Shown here one piece after another: positions 50,401 through 62,383 of a stretch of DNA of 64,000 nt; position 1 is the first letter of the stretch, and every line of letters starts with the position of its first letter. The stretch comes from Mobula hypostoma (Eukaryota): NCBI RefSeq assembly GCF_963921235.1, contig NC_086128.1, forward strand, positions 15,562,001 through 15,626,000. Reading direction: 5' to 3'. The notes beneath the pieces were generated by a model, which saw nothing but the letters and a program-made list of their open reading frames with translations, had not been told where the DNA came from and did not search any database. Both the position numbers and the translations under genes were made by a program.

Positions 50401-53400
50401 TTTATGATAGCAAAATGCGACATATCTTTAGAATGTTTCAGTGAGAAAGTTAATAATATCCTAAAGCAGTATTAATCCATTGCCTGTTTCTTCGTTACAG
50501 AAGAACGAACAGGGTTATGGGAATGCCAAAAGCAGCCCAAGGTCTGTACAATAGACAACAAAAGGAACCCAAACAATCAGATTACCCTCTTATGAACTAG
50601 GATATTAGTTTTGAAAGCAGTGGCTACTGTGCTTTACCCTTTGTGTATGTGGGAAGCAGGATAATTGGGGCTGTTATTGTGCATATGCTGGAGAATAGTT
50701 TGTAGGGGTGTAAATAAATGAACGGAGGTCGCAGGGATGCTCTGTGAACTACATAGACTTAATGTGCTGAATTGTCTCCTTCTATGCTATGAAGAAATAC
50801 ACTCGTTGGCCATTTTATTTGTTATGTCCTGTATCTAATAAAGTGGCCACTGAGTGTACGTTTGTAGGCTTCTGCTGCTGTAGCCCATCCACTTTGGCTC
50901 AACGTATGCTCTTTTGCACACCACTGTTATAATGCATGTTTATTTGAGTTACCGTCGCCATCCCGTCAGCTTGAACCAGTCTGGCCGTTCTCCCCTGTCC
51001 TCTCTCATCAATAAAACATTTTCACCCACAGAACTGCTCCCCACTGGATGTTTTCCAGTTTTTTTGCACCATTCTCTGTAAACTCTAGGGATTGCTCTAT
51101 TTGAAAATTCCAAGAGATCAGCAGTGTCTGAGATAGTCAAACCACCCCGTCTTGTACCAACAAGAATTCCACGGTCAAAGTCACTTAGATCGCATTTCTT
51201 CCCCATTCCGATGTTTGGTCTGAGCAGCAAATGAATCTTTGACCGTGTCTGCATGCTTTTATGCGTTGAGTTGCTGCTGCATGATTGGCTGATTAGATGT
51301 TTGCATTAAAGGGCAGGTGTACAGGTGTACCTAATAAAGTGGTAATCGAGTGTATATAAATGTAAACCATAGATCTTAAAAATGTGCGAATATATGAGGA
51401 AAGCAAGACCTTTTTGGAGCCCTAGTCAAGACAATTTAGAGTCAGAGATGACATAAGTGTTATTAAACTATCAAGCATTTGCAGAAGGCTGATGTAGCAT
51501 TAGCTGTTTGACAGGTTTCTCATTGCCAACTTCTAAGAGATAATATCGAAACAGAAAGATGGATTTTGGGGGCAGCAGTGTCTTGAGCTGTTGTGATACT
51601 AGTACTTGAGACAGGACTTGGTACTGTCTCCTGCTAAACCGTATCCTGGGGTTTCTGATGAAGGGTTTTGGCTTGAAATGTCAACTATGTTCTCTTTTCC
51701 ATAGATGTTGCCTGGCCTGCTCAGTTCCTCTAGCATTTTGAATGTGTTGCTCTGGATTTCCAGCATCTGCAGATTTTCTTGTGCCTGAGGTTTCATATTC
51801 ACTGGTGGGTATTATCCTGTAACATTCCTTTAAAACTGATTCAATTTAGCATCCCATCTAAAAGGCATCCCATTAAAAGTGAAGCAAGACCTCAGGTTAG
51901 ATATGCTGAAACTCCCAGTGTGATGTTTAAATCCATGAGTCAAAGGCAAGAAATGCCCTCAACTAGGCCTCAGTGAAGAGTACCTACATTAAATTATTAT
52001 TTCCTTTGTGGATCAGACAATTGGGAATGAGAAAAAGGCGAATGGCATGCTGGCATTTATAGCGAGAGGATTCGAGTACAGGAGCCAGGGAGGTACTACT
52101 GCAGTTGTACAAGGCCTTGGTGAGACCACACCTGGAGCATTGTGTGCAGTTTTGGTCCCCTAATCTGAGAAAAGACATTCTTGCCATAGAGGGAGTACAA
52201 AGAAGGTTCACCAGATTGATTCCTGGGATGGCAGGACTTTCATATGATGAAAGACTGGATCGACTAGGCTTATACTCTGTGGAATTTAGAAAATTGAGGG
52301 AGGATCTTATTGAAACGTATAAAATCCTAAAGGGATTGGACAGGCTAGATGCAGGAAGATTGTTCCCGATGTTGGGGAAGTCCAGGACGAGGGGTCACAG
52401 TTTGAGGATAAAGGGGAAGCCTTTTAGGACCGAGATGAGGAAAAACTTCTTCACACAGAGAGTGGTGAATGTGTGGAATTCTCTGCCACAGGAAACAGTT
52501 GAGGCCAGTTCATTAGCTATATTTAAGAGGGAGTTAGATATGGCCCTTGTGGCTAAAGGGATCAGGGGGTATGGAGGGAAGGCTGGTACAGGGTTCTGAG
52601 TTGGATGATCAGCCATGATCATACTGAATGGCGGTGCAGGCTCAAAGGACCAAGTGGCCTACTCCTGCACCTATTTTCTATGTTTCTATGTTTCTATGTT
52701 AATATATTGGGAAACACATAAAAAAATTCTCTTTAAACTAGTAAAAACTATTTTCATAAAAGCTTCTCTCTCTGGCTATCCATCCCATAGGATGATGATG
52801 GTTCCTTTCAGTCAGTTAGTGGGGTTTATACCCCACTCCTCAGAAAGGAATAGCGTGCGCATGAATGGATTTTAGGTGAGTAGGGGGTTGCACAGGTCCA
52901 GACCCACCCTCTTGACATCCCCTCCCGGATCCAGCAGCATGGTGGGGTCCAAGACGGCTGGGGGAAGTTCTGTTGCAGTGAATGGCTAGACCAAGATTCG
53001 ATGCAAGGGATGCCCTTTCCGAGCTTCACGGCACGTGTTTGCTCAATGGCCGTTGACCCTACGAGAGGGTTCATCCGCCCTTTAACGGGTCTTGTTTGTC
53101 ATCCTGCAGGTGTCTAGCCACACTCCTCACCAGGCAAGCCTGGTGGGGGAGCCGGTTTAGTCGCCGACCACCCGACCGTGCGACAGGTAGTACTGGGTTA
53201 CATGGTACCAGTAGCACTCAGACGAGTGATCTACACCATTTTACATACCTGCATGTGTGCTAACATGGAGGAGCTTTTAATATGCTTCTTTAACAGCTAT
53301 TACCAATGCTCTAGTCATCAGTTAAGGGGGTTCTGGGCATATCAGCTTGTTGTGTAAGAACCCTGAGAACACAATATCTGTAATGTTTTCTCCAACTAGC

Positions 53401-56400
53401 CTGCATTGTACATTATGCAGCAGCTCTCTCAATATTGTCCATCCCCCCATAAAGGGTCCTAGTTTAAATATAGAAACATGTGAAAAAGAACATTGAATAA
53501 AACCCGGACGTATTTAGTCTGCCAAGTGCAGTCATAAGGGAGGTAGAAAATTCACAACAGATACTTTCTTCCAGAGAACAATGGGAGCAGGGAGTGTACA
53601 TACTGAAAGTACTTGTGTGTTGTGAAACATCTTTTCTTGCTACACCTCACCTTCATATTCCTCCTGTATATTATGTTATTGCCGAAGCAGGAAGGATATT
53701 TTCATATTTCCCTTTAAATGAAGTGTACCTTTTCTTCCAGAAACTATTTTGTAGCCAAAATTATGTTTTAAAGAAGTAGAATAAACCATAATTTAAAATA
53801 ATCTGATGCACTTTTGTGTCTGTCAGCACACTGCAGTTACCACTGCCAAATTTTTAACAGCAATTCTGAATTATAATAATAGCCCCATTTCTATCTACAC
53901 ACAGGAGCAAGAGTATGAATGGACGATTGGTCATTTATTAACATGACAAGCAACAGCTTTCTAAATCTGAATTTTCCACCAGGTTGCATTTATACTGTAG
54001 CAAGTTTGAAACCAAAACTGATAACGCAGAGATGACTTCCAAACCATTGCAATAGCATATTGAGCTTACAGTATGTTGCACAGCTTGCTAAGAAGCACTT
54101 AGAAACCCCTTTCATCACAATACAAACATCAAACTGCATCTGTTGCTTAAAAAAGAGCATGCACCAACTGAGCTGAGCTGATCAGAGAGTAATGTGGGCA
54201 CATCATGTTTCTGAACCTTGAACTTTATAGAAATAACACAGTTGACTACTGGACCATTGGGCTTGGGAAGGAACATAGACATCTACAGCACATTACAGGC
54301 CCTTCAGCCCACAATGTTGTGCTGACCATGTAACCTACTCTAGAAGCTGCCCAGAATATCCCTACCACATAGCCCTCTATTTTCCTAAGCTCCATGTACC
54401 TAAGAGTCTCTTAAAAGACCCTGTTGTATTGGCTTCCACCACCACTGCTGGCAGTACATTCCACGCACCCACCACTCTCTGTGTGAAAAACTTATCCCAG
54501 ACATCCCCTCTGTACCTGCTTCCAAACACCTTAAAACTATGCCCCCTCATGTTAACCATTTCAACCCTGGGGAAAAAGCCTCTGGCTATCCACCTGATCA
54601 ATGTCTCTCATCTTCTTATACACCTCTATCAGGTCACCTCTCATCCTCTATTCATCCAAGGAGAAAAGGCCAAGTTCACTCAACCTATTTTCATAAGGTA
54701 TGCTCTCCAATCCAGGAAACATCCTTGTAAATCTCCTCTGCACTCCTTCTATAGTATCTGCATCCTTCCTGTAGTGAGGTGACCAGAACTGAACACAGTA
54801 CTCCAAGTAGAGTCTGACCAAGGTCTTATATAATTGTAACATTAACTCATGGCTGTTGAATTCAATCCCACGATTGATGAATGTCAACACACCATACGCC
54901 TTCTTAACAACACTGTCAACCTGCACAGCAGCTTTGAGTGTCCTAGGACATGGACCCCAAGATCTCTCTGATCCTCCACACCCTTAACATTATATTCTGC
55001 CTTCAAATTTGATCTTCAAAAATGAACCACTTCACACTTACCTGGGTTGAACTCCATCTGCCACTTCTCAGCCCAGTTCTGCATCCTATCAATGTCCCGC
55101 TGTAACCTTTGACTCTCCTCCAGACTGTCCACAACACCCCCAACTTTGTGTCATCAGCAAACTTACTAACACACCCTTCTACTTCTTCATCCAGGTCATT
55201 TATAAAAATCACAAAGAGGAGGGGTCCCAGAACAGATCCCTGCAGAACACCATTGGTCACCATCCTCCATACAGAATATGACCCATCCACAACCACACTT
55301 TGCCTTCTGTGGGCAAGCCAATTCTTGATCCACAAAGCAATGTCCCCTTGGATCCCATGCCTCCTTACTTTCTGAAGGAGCCTGGCATGGGGAACCTTAT
55401 CAAATGCCTTACTGAGATCCATATACACTACATCTACTGCTCTACCTTCATCAATGTGTTTTGTTACATCCTCAAAGTATTCAATCAGGCTCATAAGGCA
55501 CAACCTGCCCTTGACAAATCCATGCTGACCATCCCTAATCATATTCTGCTTCTTAAGGAGATAAGACTGTAGCTAGAGATACCTTTCAGGGAGTTGGGTG
55601 AATCAGGGGAAAACGTTAGTAAGAGGCATTTCTCTCTGTTTAAGAAAGAGTGGGAAAACAGTGAAAGTAGGTGATATGGGTAGTGAAGAGAGAAACTGGG
55701 ATTGCTTATCAAAGAGCAAATACAACTACGACGGCTGGGTGACCTCTTTCAATGCTGCAAACTGTTTTGATTCCATGGTTTACATCTTTCACGTAATGAG
55801 AGCAGACACTTAAAGATAACTTGATATTTGATACATACTGGATTTTGAGACCAGTCACCGTCTTGTGCATCTGTTCCAACTCACTGTCCAATCGTAACTT
55901 GTCTTGGTTAAAGGTTTCCAGCTGTCGGGTCAGGGCATTGATGTATGCCTTGTACATATCCTCATTGTTGGAACTGTAGCCTCCCTGCTGCTGCAAGAGA
56001 GACCATTTGGTCTCCAAAACTTTGTTTTGTTGCTCAAGGTAACGAACCTGGAAGGATTCAAGGGACAAGTGGGGAGAGGTGGGGGGTTGTTGGAGAATAC
56101 CAAAACAATCAGAAAGCAAAGCTCTGATAACATTAGAAGAAAGAAACAATTCCACATTCCTAACGGATTCAAAGCAGTAAAATCCTTTCACCCGAAAGTA
56201 GCCATTTCTCTAAAAGAAAGTTCATTGTCGGTTTTGGCATCATTACACCTGGCTGTCTGTGTCCTTTAGGATCAATTTTAAAATACTGTTAATCGCTCTG
56301 AATAAACTAGCTCCTCTGTATATTTTGGAGTGTTTATCCCCTTACATCCCCAATTGTAATCTTAGATCCACAAATACTAGCTTGCTTAATGTTCCTAGGG

Positions 56401-57055
56401 CCAAGCATAAAGACATATAAGAACAGGTTATGCAGCCGTTTGCTCTTATGCACCAAAAATCTCGAATACTCTACTGACTGAGGTATTGCCAGTTTAGTTC
56501 TGTGGAGTGTTTCAAAACACTTCTAAAAGCCTACATTTTAATTGGCCTATTATAGGATTACTTAATACCTGCTGATGTTGATTACATTTATATAATTTGG
56601 AATATTTGATTACATTTTATTCGATATAATGTTTTTCTTATGAATTTTAATTTTGTCTCTGGTTTTTATGACTGCATTGATTTATTTTTACAATCTTTGA
56701 ACCTGCATTTTAATGTATGAAAGGTGCTATATAAATAAAGTTAGTATTATTATTATTTTCAGCCATATTTCTGTAAAAGACTTTAATTATTTATTACCTT
56801 GTTAATGAAGCCAGCAAAACGATTGTTGAGTGTCTTAATCTGTTCTTTTTCTTCTCGGCGAATTGCTTGGATAAGCGGGTCGATATCCTGAGTGGAAGTA
56901 GTGGAAGTGCTGATGACAGTTTGGTAAGATGGGGAACTAACTCGCTCCACAGCCTTCATACTTGAAACTGTGGTCCTAGTAGATTCAGAGCTGGAAGAAC
57001 GGCTGTAGCTTGCTCGGCTGCCGATGATGTGTTCAGTCTGCTTTGTGGACAGCAT
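39929..57055 (-). CDS. Type II keratin, gene C; 9 exons, 447 aa
   Basis: Exons (minus strand) 57055-56798, 56047-55839, 50219-50159, 50076-49981, 49374-49210, 48440-48315, 45668-45448, 42002-41947, 40080-39929. GT-AG introns, open frame of 1344 nt. Motifs [33 protein letters not shown] and [27 protein letters not shown]; tail [10 protein letters not shown]. Confidence 0.92.
40290..41655 (-). mobile_element. Two CR1 3' fragments in gene C intron 8; the second contains a Rex1 tail with (TATC)n at 41212-41418
   Basis: [24 protein letters not shown] and CR1 3' UTR motifs. Confidence 0.8.
41385..41418. repeat. (TATC)n microsatellite (retroposon tail)
   Basis: Read directly from the sequence. Confidence 0.9.
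42628..43790 (-). mobile_element. CR1 RT and 3' end
   Basis: [46 protein letters not shown]. Confidence 0.92.
44010..44900 (-). mobile_element. Older CR1 3' fragment
   Basis: [23 protein letters not shown]. Confidence 0.82.
45950..47290. mobile_element. Degenerate Penelope pieces (minus about 45950-46100; plus about 46375-47290)
   Basis: [23 protein letters not shown]; [14 protein letters not shown]. Hammerhead motif at 47192-47227. Confidence 0.8.
47192..47227 (+). ncRNA. Minimal hammerhead ribozyme motif (Penelope)
   Basis: AGUC-CUGAUGA-AGGGUCUCAGCCU-GAAAC-AUC-GACU. Confidence 0.62.
50800..51352 (-). mobile_element. Non-autonomous Tc1 derivative in gene C intron 2
   Basis: [40 protein letters not shown]; TA-flanked TIRs plus an internal TIR. 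Confidence 0.87.
52035..52698 (+). mobile_element. Young CR1 3' fragment
   Basis: Open 164-aa RT C-terminus and (ttctatgt)n tail. Confidence 0.92.
52764..53230 (-). mobile_element. Possible RTE-derived non-autonomous element
   Basis: GC-rich 470-bp island in an AT-rich intron, ending in a hairpin and (ag)n tail. The family is an impression only. Confidence 0.3.
54270..55550 (-). mobile_element. CR1 RT and 3' end
   Basis: [33 protein letters not shown]. Confidence 0.92.
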
Positions 57056-57129
57056 TTTGGCTTTCTCTAGAGGTGCTTGTTCAGGTCAGTTCAAAGCTAC
57101 AAAGTTAAGATTTACAAGTGTGCATGGTG

Positions 57130-57136
57130 TTTTATA
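57130..57136 (-). promoter_or_regulatory. TATA box (TATAAAA) of gene C
   Basis: About 75 nt upstream of the ATG on the minus strand. Confidence 0.65.
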
Positions 57137-57739
57137 GACTGAAAACCTGTCTCAAGTTGCATGGCACGTTTGTCAGGAAGAGCCTTTCTTTTAGAAGTGT
57201 GGAATGTAGTTCTGCCACCAGCATATTTGAAGGCAAGGCCAAATTCTTAGTGGTCACATACCAAAGTTATAATTAAAATCAGTCACCATTCATTGCTTAC
57301 CAAGAATCTATTTTCCAATCATGATAACTCAACTGATTTATTTTGCCACCCACACCAAATATTTAATGCCTTCTATTCCAACAGTTCAGAGGGAAAAAGT
57401 ATCATTCAAGTAGTACTTGTCATTGCAACTGTTAATAGGAAGAAGATGGCCAAAAAGAAACAACTTTGCAGCACTAAAATGTTGCCTGCAAAAACTTGGA
57501 AGTCGAGATTTTCATGTATCCCAAGCAACTATCTAAATCAGACCAAGCACAGCCACTAGGAAAACGGGAATAACCATTTCAAGTCGCAGTCGGAGAAGCA
57601 GCAGCAGCAGTATTCCTGCCAACTCCACGACACTTGCCATGATCAACTCGACCTCCTTCTGGTTTCCCACCGCAGCACTGCCCTCATATACAGTGCATGG
57701 AAAAAGGTCACACTGATCATCAGCCACCTATTTACACTA

Positions 57740-57955
57740 ACTCTACATTAATCCCACTCTCCCTCTGATCTACCAACTCCCCAAATCTACCATTCACCCA
57801 CACACCAGAGGCAATTTGCAGTGGCCAATTAACCTATCAGCCTGGATGACACGAGAGGGAACCAAAACACCCAGGGGAAACCCACATGGCGATAGGTAGA
57901 GCAGGCACCAGTGCTACCACCTACTCCCAACTCATTGCCAGTGTTACACAGCACC
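57740..57955 (-). mobile_element. Degenerate V-SINE
   Basis: ggcaatttgcagtggccaattaaccta and ccaggggaaacccaca match the 9866-10132 copy. Confidence 0.5.
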
Positions 57956-58729
57956 ACTGTCAGTGAGATAAGCAGCTTAAAATTCAATTCTCTTAAAGCG
58001 AATGATGCTGGTTTGGATGAAGCCCAGATTTGGGCCAAGTGTCTTAACTCTAGTGTTCCACAAAAAGTAACAAACAGAAATAGACAAATTTCTACATAAC
58101 TGAAGCAAACATAGAGCAGTGGCTTCAAATGCGATGACCTTACTTTCAAGTACAAAATCAATGCTTTTTATAACATAGCTCTATTAGAAAATGGTGCCTG
58201 TGAGGAAAAGTCAAATAAAATTCTGATTTAATAGTTTACATTCATCTTCAAGGAGCAGCTATGATACTGACGTCAATGGGGGAGGGGAGAATCAAAAAGG
58301 GAATTCAGAAGAGAAAAATTGCATGCAAAACTTTTGGCAGGTAAAGTTGAGAAAATCCCTGAGATGTTTTGTAAATATACAAAAGGAAAGATTGGATCAT
58401 ACTGGTGAGCAAATGGTAGCCTGAATCAGAATCAGAATCAGAATTAATATCACTAGCGTGTGTTATGAAATTTGTTGTTTTGCGGCAGCAGTACAGTGCA
58501 ATACATATCTAAAAAAGAAAAACATAGTTTACAACAATAAATATATATTTAAAAAATTAACTTAAATAAGTAGTGCAAAAGGAGAGCAAATAAAGTAAAA
58601 TAGTGAGACAAAGACAATCAAGTTAGAAAAAAGGCAGAAAATGGATGAAATTCATGGGTTGATAAACAGTGAGTGTTATCGTATATTAAAAAAGGAGCAG
58701 AAATGACTGGGTACATCATGAGGTATTAA

Positions 58730-59570
58730 TTGTGTGGATAGTCAGAGGCTTTTTCCCAGGGCTGAAATGGCTAGCATGAGAGGGCACAGTTTTAAGGTGC
58801 TTGGAAGTAGGTACAGAGGAGATGTCAGGGGTAAGTTTTTTACGCAGAGAGTGCTGAGCGCGTGGAATGGGCTGCCAACAACAGTGGTGGCGGCAGATAC
58901 GATAGGGTCTTTTAAGAAACCCCTGGAGAGGTAAAAATAGAGGTTTTCTATGTTTCTATGTTTCTACATTGAAAAGATAGATGCATATGATTACACAGTG
59001 GATAACTGGTTGATGTATACTGAACATTCAAGATGAGGTAATAAATTGATAAAGTGGTTAACTAGGTCAGCAAATTTGCAGATGACACCAAGATTGGGGA
59101 TGTAGTGGACAGTGAGGAAGACGATCAAAGTTTGCAGTGGGATCTGGACAGCTGGAAAAATGAGCTGAAAAATGGCAAATGCAATTCAATGCAGACAAGT
59201 GCAAGGTGTTGCACTTCAGTAGGACCAGCCAGGGAAGGTCTTACACTGTGAGTGGTAGGGCACTGAGGTGTGCGGTAGAACAAAGTGATCTGGGAATATA
59301 GGTCCATAATTCGTTGAAACTGTCGGCACAGTTTGATAAAGTTGTAAAGAAAGCTTTTGGCACATTGGCCTTAAATAAAAGTTTTGAGTACAGGAGAGTT
59401 CAGTTTCAACATTTAAGAGAGGTTTTTATAGGTACATGGATGATAGAGATATGGAGGGCTATGGTCCGGGTGTGGGGTTGATGGGAATAGGCAATTTAAA
59501 TGGTTCAGCATGGACTAGATGGGCCAAGGGGCCTGTTTCCGTGCTGTACTTTTCTATGACTCTATGACTC
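58730..59570 (+). mobile_element. Two CR1 fragments
   Basis: [26 protein letters not shown]; KFADDTKIG; (tctatgac) tail. Confidence 0.8.
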
Positions 59571-59619
59571 CATTACTCTCCATGTTTTTCTTTGAATTAG
59601 TTTTATGTTTTGGAGTTAC

Positions 59620-60870
59620 ACAGGCGTCACCATCTGAAATTCTGCCAACAGTTGTGTCTATGGCAAGTTTATAGATGGCATTTGAGCTGTGCCTAGCCAC
59701 ACAGTCATGGGTGTAGAGAGAGTAGAGCAGTGGGCTAAGCACACATCCTTGAGGTGCACCAGTGTTGATTGTCAGTGACGAGGAGATGTTATTTCCAATG
59801 CATACAGACTGTGGTCTTCCGGTGAAGAAGTCTAGGATCCAGTTGCAGAGGGAGGTACAGAGTCCCAGGTTTTGGGGATTGTTGATTAGTACTGAGGGTG
59901 CTGATTGTGCTGAACACTGAGCTGTAATCAATAAACAGCATCCTGGCACAAGTATTGCTATTGTCCAGGCGATCCAAGGCCGCGTGGAGAGCCAGTGAGG
60001 TTGCATCTGCTGTAGACCTGTTGTGGCAATAGGTAAATTGCAGTAGGTCCAGGTCCTTGCTTAGGCAGGAGTTGATTCTAGTCACGTTCAACCTCTCAAA
60101 GCACTTCATCACAGCAGACAGCAGAAGTGAGCGCAACTGGGTGATGGTCGTTGAGGCAGCTCACTCTGCTCTTGGGCACTGGTATGATTTTCGCTCTTTT
60201 GGAGCAGGTGAGAATCTCCAACTGCAACAGTGAGAGATTGAAGATGCCCTTGAATGCTCCCGCCAGTTGGTTGGCACAGATGTTCAGTGCCCTCACAGGT
60301 ACACCACCAGGGCCTGGCACCTTGCGAGGGTTCACCCTCATGAAAGATATTCTGATGCCAGCCTCTGAGACAGAAATTACAGGGTCACCAGATGCTGCAG
60401 GGATTTGCACAGGTGTAGTTTTATTCTTCCTTTCAAAGAATGCATAAAAAGTGTTTAACTCATCTAGGAGTGAAGCATCACAGCCACTAATGATGTTAGG
60501 TTTTGCCTTGTAGGTTTGGCCTGGAAACCCTGCAAGAGCCATTGTGCATCTGATTCCATCTCCAACTTCAATCAGAATTGTTTTCTCACTCTTGAGCAAA
60601 CCTTCCATAGGTTGTACCTGGACTTCTTGCTAAGTTCTTGATCACCAGCCTTGAATGCCACAGATCTAGCCCTCAAAAGACTGTGAATCTCCTGGTTCAT
60701 CCTTGGCTTTTTGGTTTAGGTTTGCCTGGCATGTTTTTGAAGGCACCCAGTCATTCACGCAGGTGCCAATATACCCTGGATGTGTAGCTGGAAAATCTGC
60801 ATAGTTTTGAATGTGTACTTGGTACCTGTGTTCATGGAAGTGGGGATGAGGCAACGTTGACATTGTCTGA
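59620..60870 (-). mobile_element. Degenerate Rex1/Babar RT
   Basis: [62 protein letters not shown]. Confidence 0.88.
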
Positions 60871-61307
60871 AGGTTTGGAAATAATCAGCACAGAGACAGT
60901 ACTGGAGTTCACCATCTTTAAAGAGCCAGGGATACATTTCATTCATGATTAACAAACTTATAAAGAGGCAAGGGTGGAGATAGCACAGACTTGATCTACC
61001 GATTTCCAGTGCTCTTTGGCTGCAGGTGTGGTGAGGGAGACTGATGTGGTACCCTAGTTTACAAAGGGAGAAAGGTAGCAAACAGGGAACTACAAGCTGG
61101 TCAAGTGGTGATGGGCAAGTTGCTGGGATGAAAAGGAAGATGACGAGTTGGATGAAGCACTGGTGGAACAGACAGGGACATTGTCGAGTGGAATGTTAGT
61201 GACTGGAGGACTGAATGTACTGGACTTCTGTGCTGCTCTGTATTGGGGCCCTTGTTTTATTGTGGTTTAGATAAATATGTGGGTTTAAATATAGGGGAAA
61301 GGGTGAG

Positions 61308-62383
61308 TAAGGGATAGGTGTGACATGGTCCAGGCAGAGGTACGGAACCACGAGGACGAAAGGTGGGCATCGAAGGCAGTGGAGTTAGGGGTCTCAGGGA
61401 GCCTGCACAAAATGGGATCTCCCCAACCTCAAGATCACTGGGCAGAGCTTTGGAGACTGGAGCCCTTCCGCATTTCCTTCCTCCTGCGGTCCATGTATGA
61501 CACTCTCCCTACACCATCACAGCTGTACACATGGGGGCTGAGAGAGGACCCTAACTACAAGCTTTGTGGTCAGTGGGGTTCACTGGCACACATACTGTCT
61601 GGATGCAAAACAGCTTTAACACAAGGACAGTACAGGTGGCACCACGGCGATGTCCTGCTGTCCCCTGCTGACACATTGGAGCGGGAGAGGTGTAAAAAGA
61701 GACCAGCTGGCAGAGAGGCAAACAGGGCAGCCATTTTCATCAAGAGAGGGCCATGCCAGTCATATCAAAGAGGTCTAAATCCAATCTGCTGCAAACGTCC
61801 AAAATCATGGGAGATGAGGGTCGATGTGGGGAGGAAGCTGCAGTTCCCAGAGGTGGTACAAATCACACTTTAACCAGACATCATACTGTCATCCACCAAA
61901 GACAAGAAAATCACCCTGGTGGAGCTCACAGTACCATGGGAGGAAGGATGTGAAGGGGCTCATGACAAGAAAGTCCTGAAGTACCAGTCCTTAGTCCAGG
62001 AGTGCAGGGACAATGGACGGCAGATGTGGCTATTCCCCGTGGAGATTGGCTGTAGAAGGTTCCCAACAAGGTCAGCAGGGAGGTTGCTGTCTGCGCTGGA
62101 CCTTGATGAAAAGAGCAAGAACCAAGCAGCTTGTGGGGTGGGGGAGGAAGCAGAAAGAGCCTCTTGCTGGATATGGAGCAGGTGAGAGGAGTTGAGCTGG
62201 AAGTCAGGAGCAGATGGGCAGTGACCTGCCCACCACTGCTGACCCGACAACTGGAGAGTGTAGTGGTTAAGGGACGAAGCACTCTATGAAGGTTGGCACC
62301 ACCTGATGACATCTGCTCCTGGCCAAAGGCTACGGTTACCTCATCAGGTAACTGAAGAGAGCACCCCAGTGCATGATACAAAC
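61308..62383 (+). mobile_element. 5'-truncated RLE-endonuclease non-LTR retrotransposon (Hero-like)
   Basis: Zn-knuckle remnant LCGQWGSLAHILSGC, YRWHHGDVL, PDII..LVELTVPWEE, K..KY, PVEIGCR. Perfect 16-bp TSD TAGGGGAAAGGGTGAG at 61292-61307 and 62384-62399. Confidence 0.88.

Noticed and set aside
62270-62350. CTGATGA in the Hero-like 3' UTR as a hammerhead core
   Set aside because: It pairs with tcatcagg at 62341 as a plain stem, and there is no correctly placed GAAA/NUH.
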